The position numbers and the translations under genes were made by a program. Under the pieces are notes generated by a model. It was not told the origin of the DNA. It searched no databases and saw only the letters and a program-made list of their open reading frames with translations. DNA of 63,447 nucleotides, the filler included, from Folioceros fuciformis (lineage: Eukaryota): the NCBI GenBank assembly GCA_049999805.1. It is 13 parts of 13 records of this genome, joined end to end, with 100 filler letters (N's around TTAATTAATTAA, not from the genome) between each part and the next. Parts side by side here need not be neighbours in the genome. Positions count along the whole stretch, not along the records: positions 29,423 to 38,081 come from JBNGIO010006462.1; positions 38,182 to 39,714 come from JBNGIO010006463.1; positions 39,815 to 50,468 come from JBNGIO010006464.1; 10 more parts are not named here. The stretch is one strand, 5' to 3'. The stretch's first letter is position 1; each line of letters opens with the position of its first letter. Below are positions 35,813-46,899 of this stretch, piece after piece.

Positions 35813-36801
35813 CTGGTTAGCGAGCTCCTGTTCTACCTCCTGTTCCTGTATAGCCCGCTCCTCTGTCTGACCTTCGGTTCGCTCCAGGGCTGTCTTCGGT
35901 GTCTCCGACCTACTCCCTCCTCTCGTGCTCTGCCCGCTGACCCATCTCCTCTTGGCAAGGGTCTTCCTCTGAGCTGCTGTCCTCTTCTTAGGCCTGACGG
36001 GAACCTCCCCCTCCGAGCTATCCCCACTCCCCGACACCCAACTGCTGGAGTCAGCCTTCACTGGCTCAGCAGGCTTCCATTTTACATCCCTGATTGGCCT
36101 CCACATGTGCAGTAAAGCCAACACCTCCAGTTCCGACACCAGGTTAGCATAACTATAAATATGCAATAGAAACGGGGAAATCATCGAGGGCTGAGGAGAG
36201 GGCAGGGTCAGATTCTGCCTCTCCTCGTCCATCCTTGCATACAGAATTTTTTCCCAATCAATCCTGGTCTCCTTCACTACCTCATGCACAAACAGGAGCA
36301 TCTGGTCAGACAGATAATCCTGTTTGCGAACCTAGAGAAAACTAAGAAACCACCTAGCCAGACCCATCAGCTGCAGGCTCACCATGTCGCGAACCAACCA
36401 TCTGTTAGCCTCCTTCTTCGTGCCTAGTTTGAGTAGTCCTTTAGCGTCTCCTGTACCTCCCCATTTCCTCAGGGACTCCAGCACCAATCCTCCCTCTTCT
36501 TGCTGGTCACGGCCATACACCCTCCTCACTAGCCCTAGGTTCCACCCCTGCGGTCTACCTCTGATCCCTTTCTCACGGACAAGTTCCCTCAACCTCAGGG
36601 TGCACTCCCTAACCAACTGTGGCGTTGCATAGTTCCACTTCTGAGTCATGAAACCCAGACCCAATTCATCCACCAGCCCTCCTGCTCTGACCCTCCAATG
36701 CTCCATGTGGGGCCACAGGAGTAGGTCGATTCAGGGAACATTAGGTTCCCCTCCTGCTCGGGTACTGTCACTCCAGGCAGCAGTTTAGGGTGCGACCTCA
36801 T
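35813..36801 (-). pseudogene. Frameshifted transposon-associated ORF of unknown function inside a probable LTR element starting at 36981
   Basis: Consecutive coding-like segments ELGLGFMTQKWNY..IRGRPQGWN and IDWEKIL..ISPFLLHIYSYANL, then an acidic/basic tail; TGTAGAGG at 36981. Confidence 0.55.
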
Positions 36802-36981
36802 CCTGCCAACCTCCTCCGGTCTTCAGTATCCCAAACACCCAAAGACCAAGGCCACTTTTGGGTATGAATACCCCTATCTTATTCACATACTAAGCCGATT
36901 CGCTCATTCCTTCACACAAAAATCGCAGCCTGCTCATTCTGTCACTCAAAATGGGAGTGTCGAAAGTTTTTTTCCTCTACA

Positions 36982-37680
36982 GTAACACTCAACATTGTTA
37001 CGACTACGAGATTTACTACAAGAAGAACTTCGCTCCTTGTACTTCCCCTTTGAAGTGGACCTTCCTTTCATCATGAGGGCATTGGAACCTTTCGAAGGTT
37101 CCATATTCTTCCTGTTCACCTCCTCTGTTAACAGGCTACCTTCTACATTTACAACGGTAAGACTACTTGCAGGAGCGGAAGTACTCAGAGCTGTACAAAA
37201 GGTGTCTCAACTCTCTAGTAATGTGACCAACAGAAACATAGCTCTCACGGAATCTGGAAACGAGATACCTTGAGATGAGAGTTGGCTGAAAATGGTATTG
37301 AACTGGTTCAGATGATCGGACATCCTCGTCCCTTCCTTCATCTTTAAGTCCACCAACTGTTTCAACTAGTACACCTAAGAAGCCGCACTTTGCTTCTCGT
37401 ACAGGTCACACAACTTTTGCTATAGCTCGTAGCTTGTGGTCTTGTCTTTCACGTTGAAGTAGACCGACTTCGACAATGTTAGCATGATGGTAGACCTAGC
37501 AAGCTCATCTAGATCCTGCCACTCATCCTGAGTCATGCTAACGGGTTTCACTCCTAGCAACTTTATCGGCTTGATTTGCTTCTTCTGCATTAGAACATTA
37601 TACACTTGTTCTTTCCAGAACGGGAAGTTAGTACCATCTATCTTCTCAATATTGAACATGACATTTTTTGAGGATGCCAT
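36982..37680 (-). pseudogene. Tnt1-like Copia gag pseudogene cut at its zinc knuckle
   Basis: FNIEKIDGTNFPFWKEQV, ARSTIMLTLS, LKMKEG..SDHLNQFN, ending SKSRSRNNVECY at the insertion point; several stops. Confidence 0.85.
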
Positions 37681-38181
37681 GTTTCAAAATCGATGCAAAT
37701 CAAGCAAAATGCTAGTTAGAAACTATCGAGATGTAATGTAGATGTTGTTACCCTCGTTCTGATTCTTCTGTCCACAATTTAGGATGATACGACGAGCCTA
37801 AATCCTTCGTTGAGATCCGATTCCGCCTTGTGGCCGGAATCCCAACTAGCTTCTGTCTTTGCCCTCAACGTCGATGGTCCGACACTTGCAATCCAATGTT
37901 CGGCGTTAGCGACTCCCACATACGACGACACCACGTGATTCGGCTTCGTAGCCTCCCTCATTGGTGGGACTGGCATCCGTCGGCCGCGACTAGCACTTGT
38001 CGGCGCCGCTGCCGTTTGCCGAACAGGACTTGCACTCGCCGGCCGGCCCGCGCCTTGGCGATGCCCCGCGCCATGCCGTCCNNNNNNNNNNNNNNNNNNN
38101 NNNNNNNNNNNNNNNNNNNNNNNNNTTAATTAATTAANNNNNNNNNNNNNNNNNNNNNNNNNNNNNNNNNNNNNNNNNNNN

Positions 38182-38259
38182 CAGAGGGTCGGGATCGCTG
38201 GCGGTGACGGTGACAGCCATTGCAAGCAGCAGCCCTGCGATAGCAACGACAGCACCCAT
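38182..38259 (-). CDS. Germin-like protein 5' end (signal peptide and start of box A), partial
   Basis: MGAVVAIAGLLLAMAVTVTASDPDPL at the contig edge. Confidence 0.65.
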
Positions 38260-38444
38260 CTTGGACTGTCCTCTCTTGGACACAGCCGCCACGCGAGCGC
38301 TGATGAACGGGATGTGTGGATTGGTGGCGAGCTGGTATGGACAAGTGGGGGAACGGGTACCGTAACGGGGGGCCGTTCACGGGAGAGGGCAGCAACTGCA
38401 ACTGTCGACCGCAGCTACTGTTTTGCAATCTCGATGCTGATGCG

Positions 38445-38630
38445 TGGAGATGGTGGAGGCAGCCTCTGCTTTATTGCTGCCAATCTCGCTGGTGTGTGAG
38501 GTGGATCAATCTTCCATACTGCAGGTGTGCGGGCTGATGGGTGGAGATGGTGGAGGCAGCCTCTCCTTTATTGTTGCCAATCTCGCTGGTGTGTGAGGTG
38601 GATCAATCTTCCATACTGCAGGTGTGCGGG
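38445..38630. repeat. About 90-bp direct duplication
   Basis: tggagatggtggaggcagcctct...ccatactgcaggtgtgcggg occurs twice. Confidence 0.85.
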
Positions 38631-39530
38631 CAGGGGGATAGTCCCTCCCAGGGTAGGCCCACGAAATGGACGACGAAGCTGGGCAGAAGATGCTTGCTGG
38701 GTGCTACCCACGGTAACTGTAACTTGTTAGCAGCAGCGACACATTCGCTATTGCAATTGCAATTGTAGAGAGACACGAGTCATATGACATGACATGAGCA
38801 AGTGTAGCAAGGCCGATTAACAGGGAGAGAAATGTGGAGGGTTGTCCCACTACTCCTGCTCATGCTACTTTGATATTCCTCAACGCCTAGTGAAGGAACA
38901 TGGACCGTCTTACTAGCTGCTGTACAAAGAGCAGGAGGGAAGACGGGAACATCAAACAACGTGGAGCCCATGTCGACATGCAACAGGAAGATTCCAGGTG
39001 TCACTCGAGCAAGACGTCCACCTGGGACAATGCCTAAGGACTTGGTGATGCATACGGGACTTCAGCGTTCTAAGAACTGTTCTTGTGCACTGTACTTTCG
39101 CGACTCGAGTTTTGAGATTATTGATAAGCAGCTCCAGCAGACAGGAAGCTGTTCCCACGCGCAACTTCAAGGCATTTTCTTCTTCAACTTCCAGCGGCCA
39201 TCTTCCCCTCCCGATTTCCGAGACAGCGACACTAGCCTAAGCACTTTCCCTGGTTCCCACACGATTGCTGGGCAGCTGCAGTCCGGAAATCACCACGGTG
39301 CCTCACGCCATCACCTCAAACCTACTCATTGCGTTGCGCGTGCGTCGCTTGCTTGCACCGAAATCTTGGCTCTGCGTTAGCAAGCCCATACAAGAGCAAC
39401 GCCCTCCTTGCCTGTTTTCGTCCATCTCCTCCTGCCCTCATTCATCTCCGGTATCGCAGCTTGCTTGCAAATTGCGATTGTTCCGATATCCTTCTCAAGA
39501 ATCGGACAGACTTGCAACTACTCAACGCCA

Positions 39531-39572
39531 CTGCGCTGCGCTGCACTGCACTGCACTGCACTGCACTGCACT
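39531..39572 (+). repeat. (CTGCA)n microsatellite just upstream of the germin-like start
   Basis: ctgcgctgcgctgcactgcactgcactgcactgcactgca. Confidence 0.85.
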
Positions 39573-39603
39573 GGTACGGCAGCAGCTGCACTCCACTTCC
39601 ACG

Positions 39604-39714
39604 ATGGCGGCTGTGTCCAAGAGAGGACAGTCCAAGATGGGTGCTGTCGCTGCTATCGCAGGGCTGTTGCTTGCAATGGCTGTCACCGTCACCGCCAGCG
39701 ATCCCGACCCTCTG
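39604..39714 (+). CDS. Germin-like protein 5' end, partial
   Basis: MAAVSKRGQSKMGAVAAIAGLLLAMAVTVTASDPDPL; SDPDPL normally precedes QDFCVAD in germins. Confidence 0.7.
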
Positions 39715-39814
39715 NNNNNNNNNNNNNNNNNNNNNNNNNNNNNNNNNNNNNNNNNNNNTTAATTAATTAANNNNNNNNNNNNNNNNNNNNNNNNNNNNNN
39801 NNNNNNNNNNNNNN

Positions 39815-40185
39815 AGGCCTCCAAGATAACGCAACTGGGTTAGATTGAATGGCAGGTTGTCAATCGTCGTCTGAGAGGAGGCCGAAAGGTCGAGCCTACG
39901 CACAACGGACTGGGGGGTGCAGAATACCCGTAACCAGTCACACGGCGTATCCTCGCTCCCGTTCCAGCTTGCGAAGCCCAAGCTCTGGTCCAGACTACCT
40001 CTATTGTCTTCCAGAAACTTCAACAGCCCTTGCCCATCGGGAGAGAGTTGAGCACGAACGTTGCTTCCCACCACTGTGATCACGAGCCACAAGCATATCC
40101 ACAAACCTGCACCACCATGATGGCCATGCACAAGTCGGCCTACCCTAACCTGTGACTCAAACTTCAAGGCCCTCTTCATATTCAT
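39815..40185 (-). CDS. LRR receptor kinase, 5' part of adjacent copy
   Basis: Same translation as 46529..46899. Confidence 0.8.
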
Positions 40186-41539
40186 AACTACATGTGAGGA
40201 ACGGCAACTTGTTAGGCGGAGGCCATTGCCAAGCACAATTGCCCTCCTCTCCCTGCGCAGGTCTTCAAAACAATTAAGGGACTCACGACGAACTTCACTA
40301 CAGCACCTAGCTTGAAAGGAGAGAGCTTTGACTACGGGGCAGAGGCAGCGATTAGCAAGCCTACTGTGTAGCAAAGAGACTTTTTCATCAACACCTCCAA
40401 TTTGAAAGTGTCCACTGACTAGGGTTCATCGGATGTAGTGTACATCTAACCTTCAAGACCAAAATCCCACAGCGGACAGGAGGGCTCGCTTTGAACTTGG
40501 GCCCGATTCAAGTCCAAACTCTCACGATCAATCCAAACATATCGCTCGCGTCGAAGAGTGCGCTCGTGCCTGGCCCAGCCTCGAAGCGGAAGCCAAGCCC
40601 CGAGGCCGAGCCATGAGTCGGCCAATGACGCGCACTGCTGCCTCAGCGGCAGGCCGGTGTGGGAAGGCACTGAGCGGACATCTACTGTACCCACTGGGCT
40701 AAATATAGGATATTCGTTAAGACAGCATGTACACACTATGGTAAGAAGTTGGGGAACCCTCTCCATCCCGTTAGTCTACCACACAAGTTACTGGGTGAAG
40801 GCGCAAGATAAGGTTGAAGCTGAGTAGGAACTGTTCATGCTGTCAGATTGTGGTTCGTGCATACATGCTGTACATACACTACAGACTTTGGTCCCCTAGA
40901 CTTGGACTCCTCAGAAACGGTAAGTGAGGTCAAGCAATGGACAGTCCAACAGAAGACGGCTCCCAGTCCGTATCATGAGAGTCGTGACGTGTCCAGGGTG
41001 AAGGATGAATCCGCCCGGAACAAAATTCTGTGCAGTATGTACTGTCTGTAGTGACATACAGTACAAAATTCATCTGATTCTTTCTTCCACTATTCCACTT
41101 TAGTGTCAAAGTGTGGGCTACATACACCCGCCACCTCGCTGTTTGTAGCATATGGCCTCCAGGTACATATGTACAAGTATGCATCCTAACTGTGACGAAA
41201 TGCATTTCGTGACAGGCCAGCAAAGCACCTTCTGCTACGTTTGCAATGTCAGAGGCTTAGAAACCAAGCTTCCCGACACCCAAGAGATTGAGGCTCCCAC
41301 AGCTGTCCACAAGGATGTCACAAGGCGACAAACAAAAACAGCTGCTTCCCCAACTCCTTCAGCATGAAGTTTCCACACCGATGACGTCAGGAGGCAACAA
41401 TTACGCAGGCCTGCTTGCGCAGCAACTTCTGCATGCTTAGGTTCCATGACCGGTTGCTAGGATACAGGTTTCTCAGCTCACTCTCAGCTCAGTGCGATCC
41501 AAGTAATTCAAGCCATCATGGAGGATCATGGTAGTTGAT

Positions 41540-42050
41540 GACATGAGGTTTGACCTATGCTCACGGCAGGGGAAACTGGCCTGGCATGAGGCCCGTCTCA
41601 ACAATTAAAGTTGCCAACTCACGTCGGTGGTGGCCAAAGAGACGGCTATGGGCACTAACTTAACACCGATCCTTCCTGAACGTGATTCCGGGTAAAATGT
41701 GTCATCTGCTGATTTTTCAAATCCAACAAAAACAGTCACAGGGCTCACGGTTTCCCCCAGGCTCCACCTGTCTCAACCACTGCAGAGAAATCTTTGAAAG
41801 AGACATGGCATCCCCCAAAAGCTCTGCGAATGGTTTGGCTCTTCTTGCGAGCAGCACTTCCAAATGTCGATCGATGGGATGGTCTTTTCATTGCTCCAGG
41901 AATGGAGACCTGCATGCTGTGCTCCGAAGGTGGGGAGCATAAGAGTCCGCATTTTTTTAAAACTTTCGCTGCCCTTTCTCCTCCCAATTGTGGCCGACCG
42001 TATATGGTTGGGTTTGCAGAACTCGTCAAGGTTTCCCACCTGAGATAAGG
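41540..42050 (+). pseudogene. Degenerate LINE (L1-like) C-terminal zinc-binding remnant; repeated at 48254..48764
   Basis: W..PPK..MVWL..RAALPNVDR..CMLC..E..HFF resembles zf-RVT. Confidence 0.45.
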
Positions 42051-43482
42051 AGGTAACAGTTACGGTGCTCGTTGGTGTGCACCCAGCAAACAGCATCGAC
42101 TGTTAAGAATTCAGTGGTGGCCCCCCTCCCTCTTAGGGGTGTTACATTGTTTGTACTAATAAAGGCGAAACCTGGACGAGGCTCGTGTATGGTATAGCTT
42201 GCCAAGTGCTTCCTATGAAGGCATTTTATGTTCTGTCTTATGCCCGTTTAGTAAAGGGTTGGCGAGCTGTAGGTCCCAGAAATTCAAGGTAGCACAGTGG
42301 AAGGAGGCAGGTATCTTCTATGCGGCCTGGATGGGTTACAGATGGCTACTTGCGCTTGGCTTCGGTGATCGGTCTGGTCGATGGCTTCTTGCCGTTGGCT
42401 TGGGTGCCCACATGCCCCTCGTGGCTTAGAGGGGAGAATAGTGGTGAACCGGCATAGCTGTAACAGCGAGGCCGGCCCCGGTGCGAGCTAACGAACTTTA
42501 CATAGTGGTGAAGCACTATAGCTAGGATAGGGGCAGGATCAACGTATGTATTCGGTGTCTAGGGCAGTTGGTGAGGATGCCTTGTCAGAGACTGGAAAAA
42601 CCTTGCATTCTCACGCAATCAGAGAAGGAACTCGAGATCTTACACTAAACCACAAATCTCCACAGCAGCCCGCTGGGACGTCAGCAATCTCATATGCCTT
42701 AGTGGAGAAGGATTGTAAGGTCAATTGAGTTAGGTCCTGTGAGAAGAGGATAATGATGCAAGACCGTGAACCAGCTGTTGCTCTGCCTCTGCCTGCTTTA
42801 CGTCTCAGTACCCTCTACAAGAGTCTGTTGTGTTCCTTTCAAAGGACTATTCCTAGGAGCACCGCTCCTTTATCTTTCTGGGCCTCTGTCCGGGGTTTTC
42901 TTGACACCTCCATCGAACTCTTGGTTTTGCGTCATGCCTCTCTCTATCAATCCTATGGTCCGGAACTTGCTAAACGTCATGCTAGAAACACACTTTCATT
43001 GTTTACATTGCATTAGGGCCACAACTGGGCTTTTGACACAATGCTGGCGAGATCTGCAAAGACCCTATATTTGAAATCTGTGTTGGCCTTTGCCAACCTC
43101 AAAATCAGCCTTGATGCAACTGTTTCCAGAGAGCGCAACTATGGCACATTTCAGCCTACTGGATCATATTGTCGTGCAGCTCACCCAAGGCAAATGTTGA
43201 ACAGCACGTTGAAGTATCCGGGCCGGGCTTGCCCTAGCTATCAGAAGTTGAAAGAAGGCTTCAAAACGGCCCGACGTTCTTCACAAGCATATGCACACGA
43301 CAACCTACAGTACGTCCATCTCGCCTCTGTTGTCAGCTTTCCCTTGCCTCCACCAGTGCACGATTCACACCTTGTCTTTCGTGCAGAGCAGAAAGACATC
43401 GAGTACATACCAGCCTCATACTACTCGCTTTTTCTTGGATCCGTCCATCATAAGTCTACAAACAGCGGCTGGCTTCTACAAA

Positions 43483-46400
43483 TTATGGTGAAAACAACTT
43501 AGACATCTCAATCTCAGCGACGGATATGGTTACCGTAGATCTACTGTGCAGAGACCACTCGGAGCTTTGTTGCACGTAAGCACGGACATGACCATCACCA
43601 CGCTGTGCCTGCAGATCATCTCGAACGTCATCCCATGCCTCCGAGTCCAAGTGAAGCCAGATGGTGTGCAACATATTCCGGACCTCCCTCATTTCGGGAC
43701 GATCTCGGGATTTGAGGGCCAAGCACTGGACAGCCAATGCGCCCACACTTTCTACGGACGCCTTCCCATTGGCTAAACTATAGGTGTCCGCCAACACGGG
43801 GTCGATCAGCCCTTGCCAGTTCCCCCTGTCCATGGCTGAAAATGCCAGGTTCGCCAAGCTGGCCTCATCATACCCTCTCTGAAAGTCTACAGCCGGTTGA
43901 GCTGAGATGAGTTCCAGCAGCACAACGCCGAAGCTGTAGACGTCGCTCTTGGGAGTGAGCTGGCAGCTTACATAGTACTCAGGGTCGATATAGCCCATGG
44001 TGCCTTGAACTGCGACTGTGGACACATGAGTGGCTGCCTTGTTAGGAACCAGCTTGGAAATTCCGAAATCTGCCACCTTCGCATTGAGCTCATCGTCAAG
44101 GAGAATATTTGAAGACTTGACGTCTCGGTGGAAGATGGGAGGGTCGGCCGCCGAATGCAGATACGCTAGCGCGTCGGATGTCTGAAGCGCTATAAGGAGG
44201 CGTTGTCTCCAGGTGAGCGGGGAAAATGTTTCACTTTTGCCCTGGAGATGTTCAAGCAGCGTGCCGTTGGGGACAAACTCAAAGACAAGGAGCGCGATTT
44301 TGTTCTCCATGGAACAGCCCAGCAGCTTCACCAAGTGTCTGTGGTTTACTCCAGACAAAATCCTGACCTCATTGAGAAACTGCTGCTTGTACTCGGGGGA
44401 GCCGTCCCGCTTGCCCTTCTTGATTGCCACTTGCGTGCCATCGTCGAGTTTGCCCGTGTAGACGATGCCGAAGCCGCCCACTCCGATCTGGGCCGACTGT
44501 GAAAAGTTGGAGGTGGCTTTGCTGAGCTTCCGAAGGGGCATCACCGTCACAGTTTCCCTCTCCAGCAGCGTGGCGATCAAGTCGGCATCCTGCTGGTGCC
44601 TTTTGGAGTACACCCGCCATGTCCAGCTCAGGAGCAAACAACTACCCATGGAGACCAATACGGCGGGAACTAGTACCGCCACTAACAGCCGCACATTGAT
44701 CCGACCCGCGGTATCCTGATCAGAAGAAGGATGTGGTCCAGAAGCGGGAACTGGTCCGCCAAAGTGGAAATCATTGTCAGCAAAGGAGCTTGCCTTGAAG
44801 ACAGTTTCATTCAGGTCCTCTGGAATAACGACAAACAGATTGTTTCCAGACAGATTGATGTATTCCAAGTGAGGTAAACCATAGAAAACAGCATAGGGTA
44901 TGTATCCCTCCAAAAGGTTATGGCTGAGATCCAACACTCGTAGACTGGAGGGTAAGAACCATGGAATCAATGCGTATAGCTGGTTGTTGGATGCGTTGAA
45001 ATGCTCCAAGTTCGGTGACAACCCTTGCAGTCCCCACAAATGGTTGTTGCTGATATCCAGTACGGTGAGACTGTCTAGAAACAGGTCAGGAATGTGCCCA
45101 GAAAGTCTGTTGTTGGATACGTTGAGAAAGGTAAGGTTGGGCATGCACATCTTGAAAAACGACGCATCCGGCAGTGTTCCGGTCAAGTTGCAAGACGCAA
45201 GATCCAAGACCTGAAGAGAGTCCAGACCCATTGGACTGGAACAGTTGAAAGTATCGTTTAGCTGTTGGCCCATGAGATCGGTGCCCGCTAACCGAAGTTC
45301 CATCAAAGGTGAGCTCCCGTCACTGAACGCTTCCAGCAGAGTGAGCAAAGGATCGGGGAACACCGTTGAAGGTGTCATGTGGAAGCGGTTGTGGCTCAAG
45401 TCCAAAACTGTCAAGTCCATCAAACGCGCCAGGTTCCAAGAGTTGAGGATCTCTGTGAGGTCCCCAGTGAGGCTGTTGCCTTGCACGCGGATACTTTCAA
45501 AATCAAAGCCGGTGGAACCCATTGCCGTCTGGGCGAGACAGGCGATGAAGTCACCAGACAAGTTGTTGTTATGTAGCCACAGCTGTCTCGGACGAAGATA
45601 GGAGAAGAAAGAGCAAGGAATCGGGCCAACAAGCTCATTGTCGCTCAGATCAAGGTGAACTTGACGCTGATCATAAACCGGTAAATCTCCCGGAGCATTG
45701 GGTATGTTGCCAACTAGAGAATTTCGTGAAAGGTTCACATACTGTGCTCCATAAAGCAAAGCTGCAGGAATGCTGCCATTCAGATCATTTCCAGACAGAT
45801 CCACCCATCCGTATGCACCTGAGGGAAAAATATGAATATCCTGGGGGACGGGGCCAGACAAGTTGTTGTTCGACAGGTCCAGGTGTGTCACTTTCTCTAG
45901 TCCGGACGGAATGGGGCCTTGCAGACTGTTCCATGAAAGATCCAGCACATCAAGAAACTTCAGGCTTATGTTACCTGGTAGTCGTCCCACTAATTGGTTC
46001 CTGGAAAGGTTCACCTGCTTCAGAGAGGACATCTGGAAGAAGGAAGCCGTGACGTCCGTGAGATTGTTTTCGGCTGCGCCCAGGTATTCCAGATTGGGTG
46101 CAGTTGGCACATCCCCGCTCAGCTGGTTCCTGCCGACAGACAGTTGGGTGAGGCGTGTGAGCCCCTCCAAACTGGGGATGGTGCCCTTGAGGGAATTTCC
46201 AGACAGGTCCAGGCTCTCGAGTTTGGTTAGGTTGCGCACTTCTTCCGGGATGACAGCTGAGCCTTCCAGTTCCAGTTCATTGTTTGCAAGTGAGAGCGCC
46301 ATCAGCTCTCGCAGCCCGAGGAAGCTGTGGATCAAATACCGACTCCATGCCGTCCGCTTCGCAATCAGGTACTGGAGGCGGGGAAGCGCGGGGTGCGAGC

Positions 46401-46899
46401 TGTTCGAATTCTCCGGCCAGACACTTATCTGAGATCCCGAAAGATCCAGCCACTTAAGCCCCGTCAAGAACTGGAAGTCATCACTGGAGCGTAAAGGTTG
46501 GACGTCGAACGACAGGTCCAGCTCCTGAAGGCCTCCAAGATAACGCAACTGGGTTAGATTGAATGGCAGGTTGTCAATCGTCGTCTGAGAGGAGGCCGAA
46601 AGGTCGAGCCTACGCACAACGGACTGGGGGGTGCAGAATACCCGTAACCAGTCACACGGCGTATCCTCGCTCCCGTTCCAGCTTGCGAAGCCCAAGCTCT
46701 GGTCCAGACTACCTCTATTGTCTTCCAGAAACTTCAACAGCCCTTGCCCATCGGGAGAGAGTTGAGCACGAACGTTGCTTCCCACCACTGTGATCACGAG
46801 CCACAAGCATATCCACAAACCTGCACCACCATGATGGCCATGCACAAGTCGGCCTACCCTAACCTGTGACTCAAACTTCAAGGCCCTCTTCATATTCAT
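43483..46899 (-). CDS. Intronless LRR receptor-like Ser/Thr kinase (RD type)
   Basis: Hydrophobic leader, LRRNT SWNGSEDTPCDW, many LxxLDLSxNxLxGxIP repeats, TM LLVAVLVPAVLVSMG, kinase IGVGGFG / HRDVKSSNILLD / DFG / GYIDPEY; probable ATG at 46899 or 46893. Confidence 0.95.
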   Translation of the reverse strand: MNMKRALKFESQVRVGRLVHGHHGGAGLWICLWLVITVVGSNVRAQLSPDGQGLLKFLEDNRGSLDQSLGFASWNGSEDTPCDWLRVFCTPQSVVRRLDLSASSQTTIDNLPFNLTQLRYLGGLQELDLSFDVQPLRSSDDFQFLTGLKWLDLSGSQISVWPENSNSSHPALPRLQYLIAKRTAWSRYLIHSFLGLRELMALSLANNELELEGSAVIPEEVRNLTKLESLDLSGNSLKGTIPSLEGLTRLTQLSVGRNQLSGDVPTAPNLEYLGAAENNLTDVTASFFQMSSLKQVNLSRNQLVGRLPGNISLKFLDVLDLSWNSLQGPIPSGLEKVTHLDLSNNNLSGPVPQDIHIFPSGAYGWVDLSGNDLNGSIPAALLYGAQYVNLSRNSLVGNIPNAPGDLPVYDQRQVHLDLSDNELVGPIPCSFFSYLRPRQLWLHNNNLSGDFIACLAQTAMGSTGFDFESIRVQGNSLTGDLTEILNSWNLARLMDLTVLDLSHNRFHMTPSTVFPDPLLTLLEAFSDGSSPLMELRLAGTDLMGQQLNDTFNCSSPMGLDSLQVLDLASCNLTGTLPDASFFKMCMPNLTFLNVSNNRLSGHIPDLFLDSLTVLDISNNHLWGLQGLSPNLEHFNASNNQLYALIPWFLPSSLRVLDLSHNLLEGYIPYAVFYGLPHLEYINLSGNNLFVVIPEDLNETVFKASSFADNDFHFGGPVPASGPHPSSDQDTAGRINVRLLVAVLVPAVLVSMGSCLLLSWTWRVYSKRHQQDADLIATLLERETVTVMPLRKLSKATSNFSQSAQIGVGGFGIVYTGKLDDGTQVAIKKGKRDGSPEYKQQFLNEVRILSGVNHRHLVKLLGCSMENKIALLVFEFVPNGTLLEHLQGKSETFSPLTWRQRLLIALQTSDALAYLHSAADPPIFHRDVKSSNILLDDELNAKVADFGISKLVPNKAATHVSTVAVQGTMGYIDPEYYVSCQLTPKSDVYSFGVVLLELISAQPAVDFQRGYDEASLANLAFSAMDRGNWQGLIDPVLADTYSLANGKASVESVGALAVQCLALKSRDRPEMREVRNMLHTIWLHLDSEAWDDVRDDLQAQRGDGHVRAYVQQSSEWSLHSRSTVTISVAEIEMSKLFSP

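Noticed and set aside
44203-46432. Many plus-strand ORFs opposite the LRR kinase, and similar ones opposite pol genes
   Set aside because: Shadow frames of long coding sequences with no independent features.
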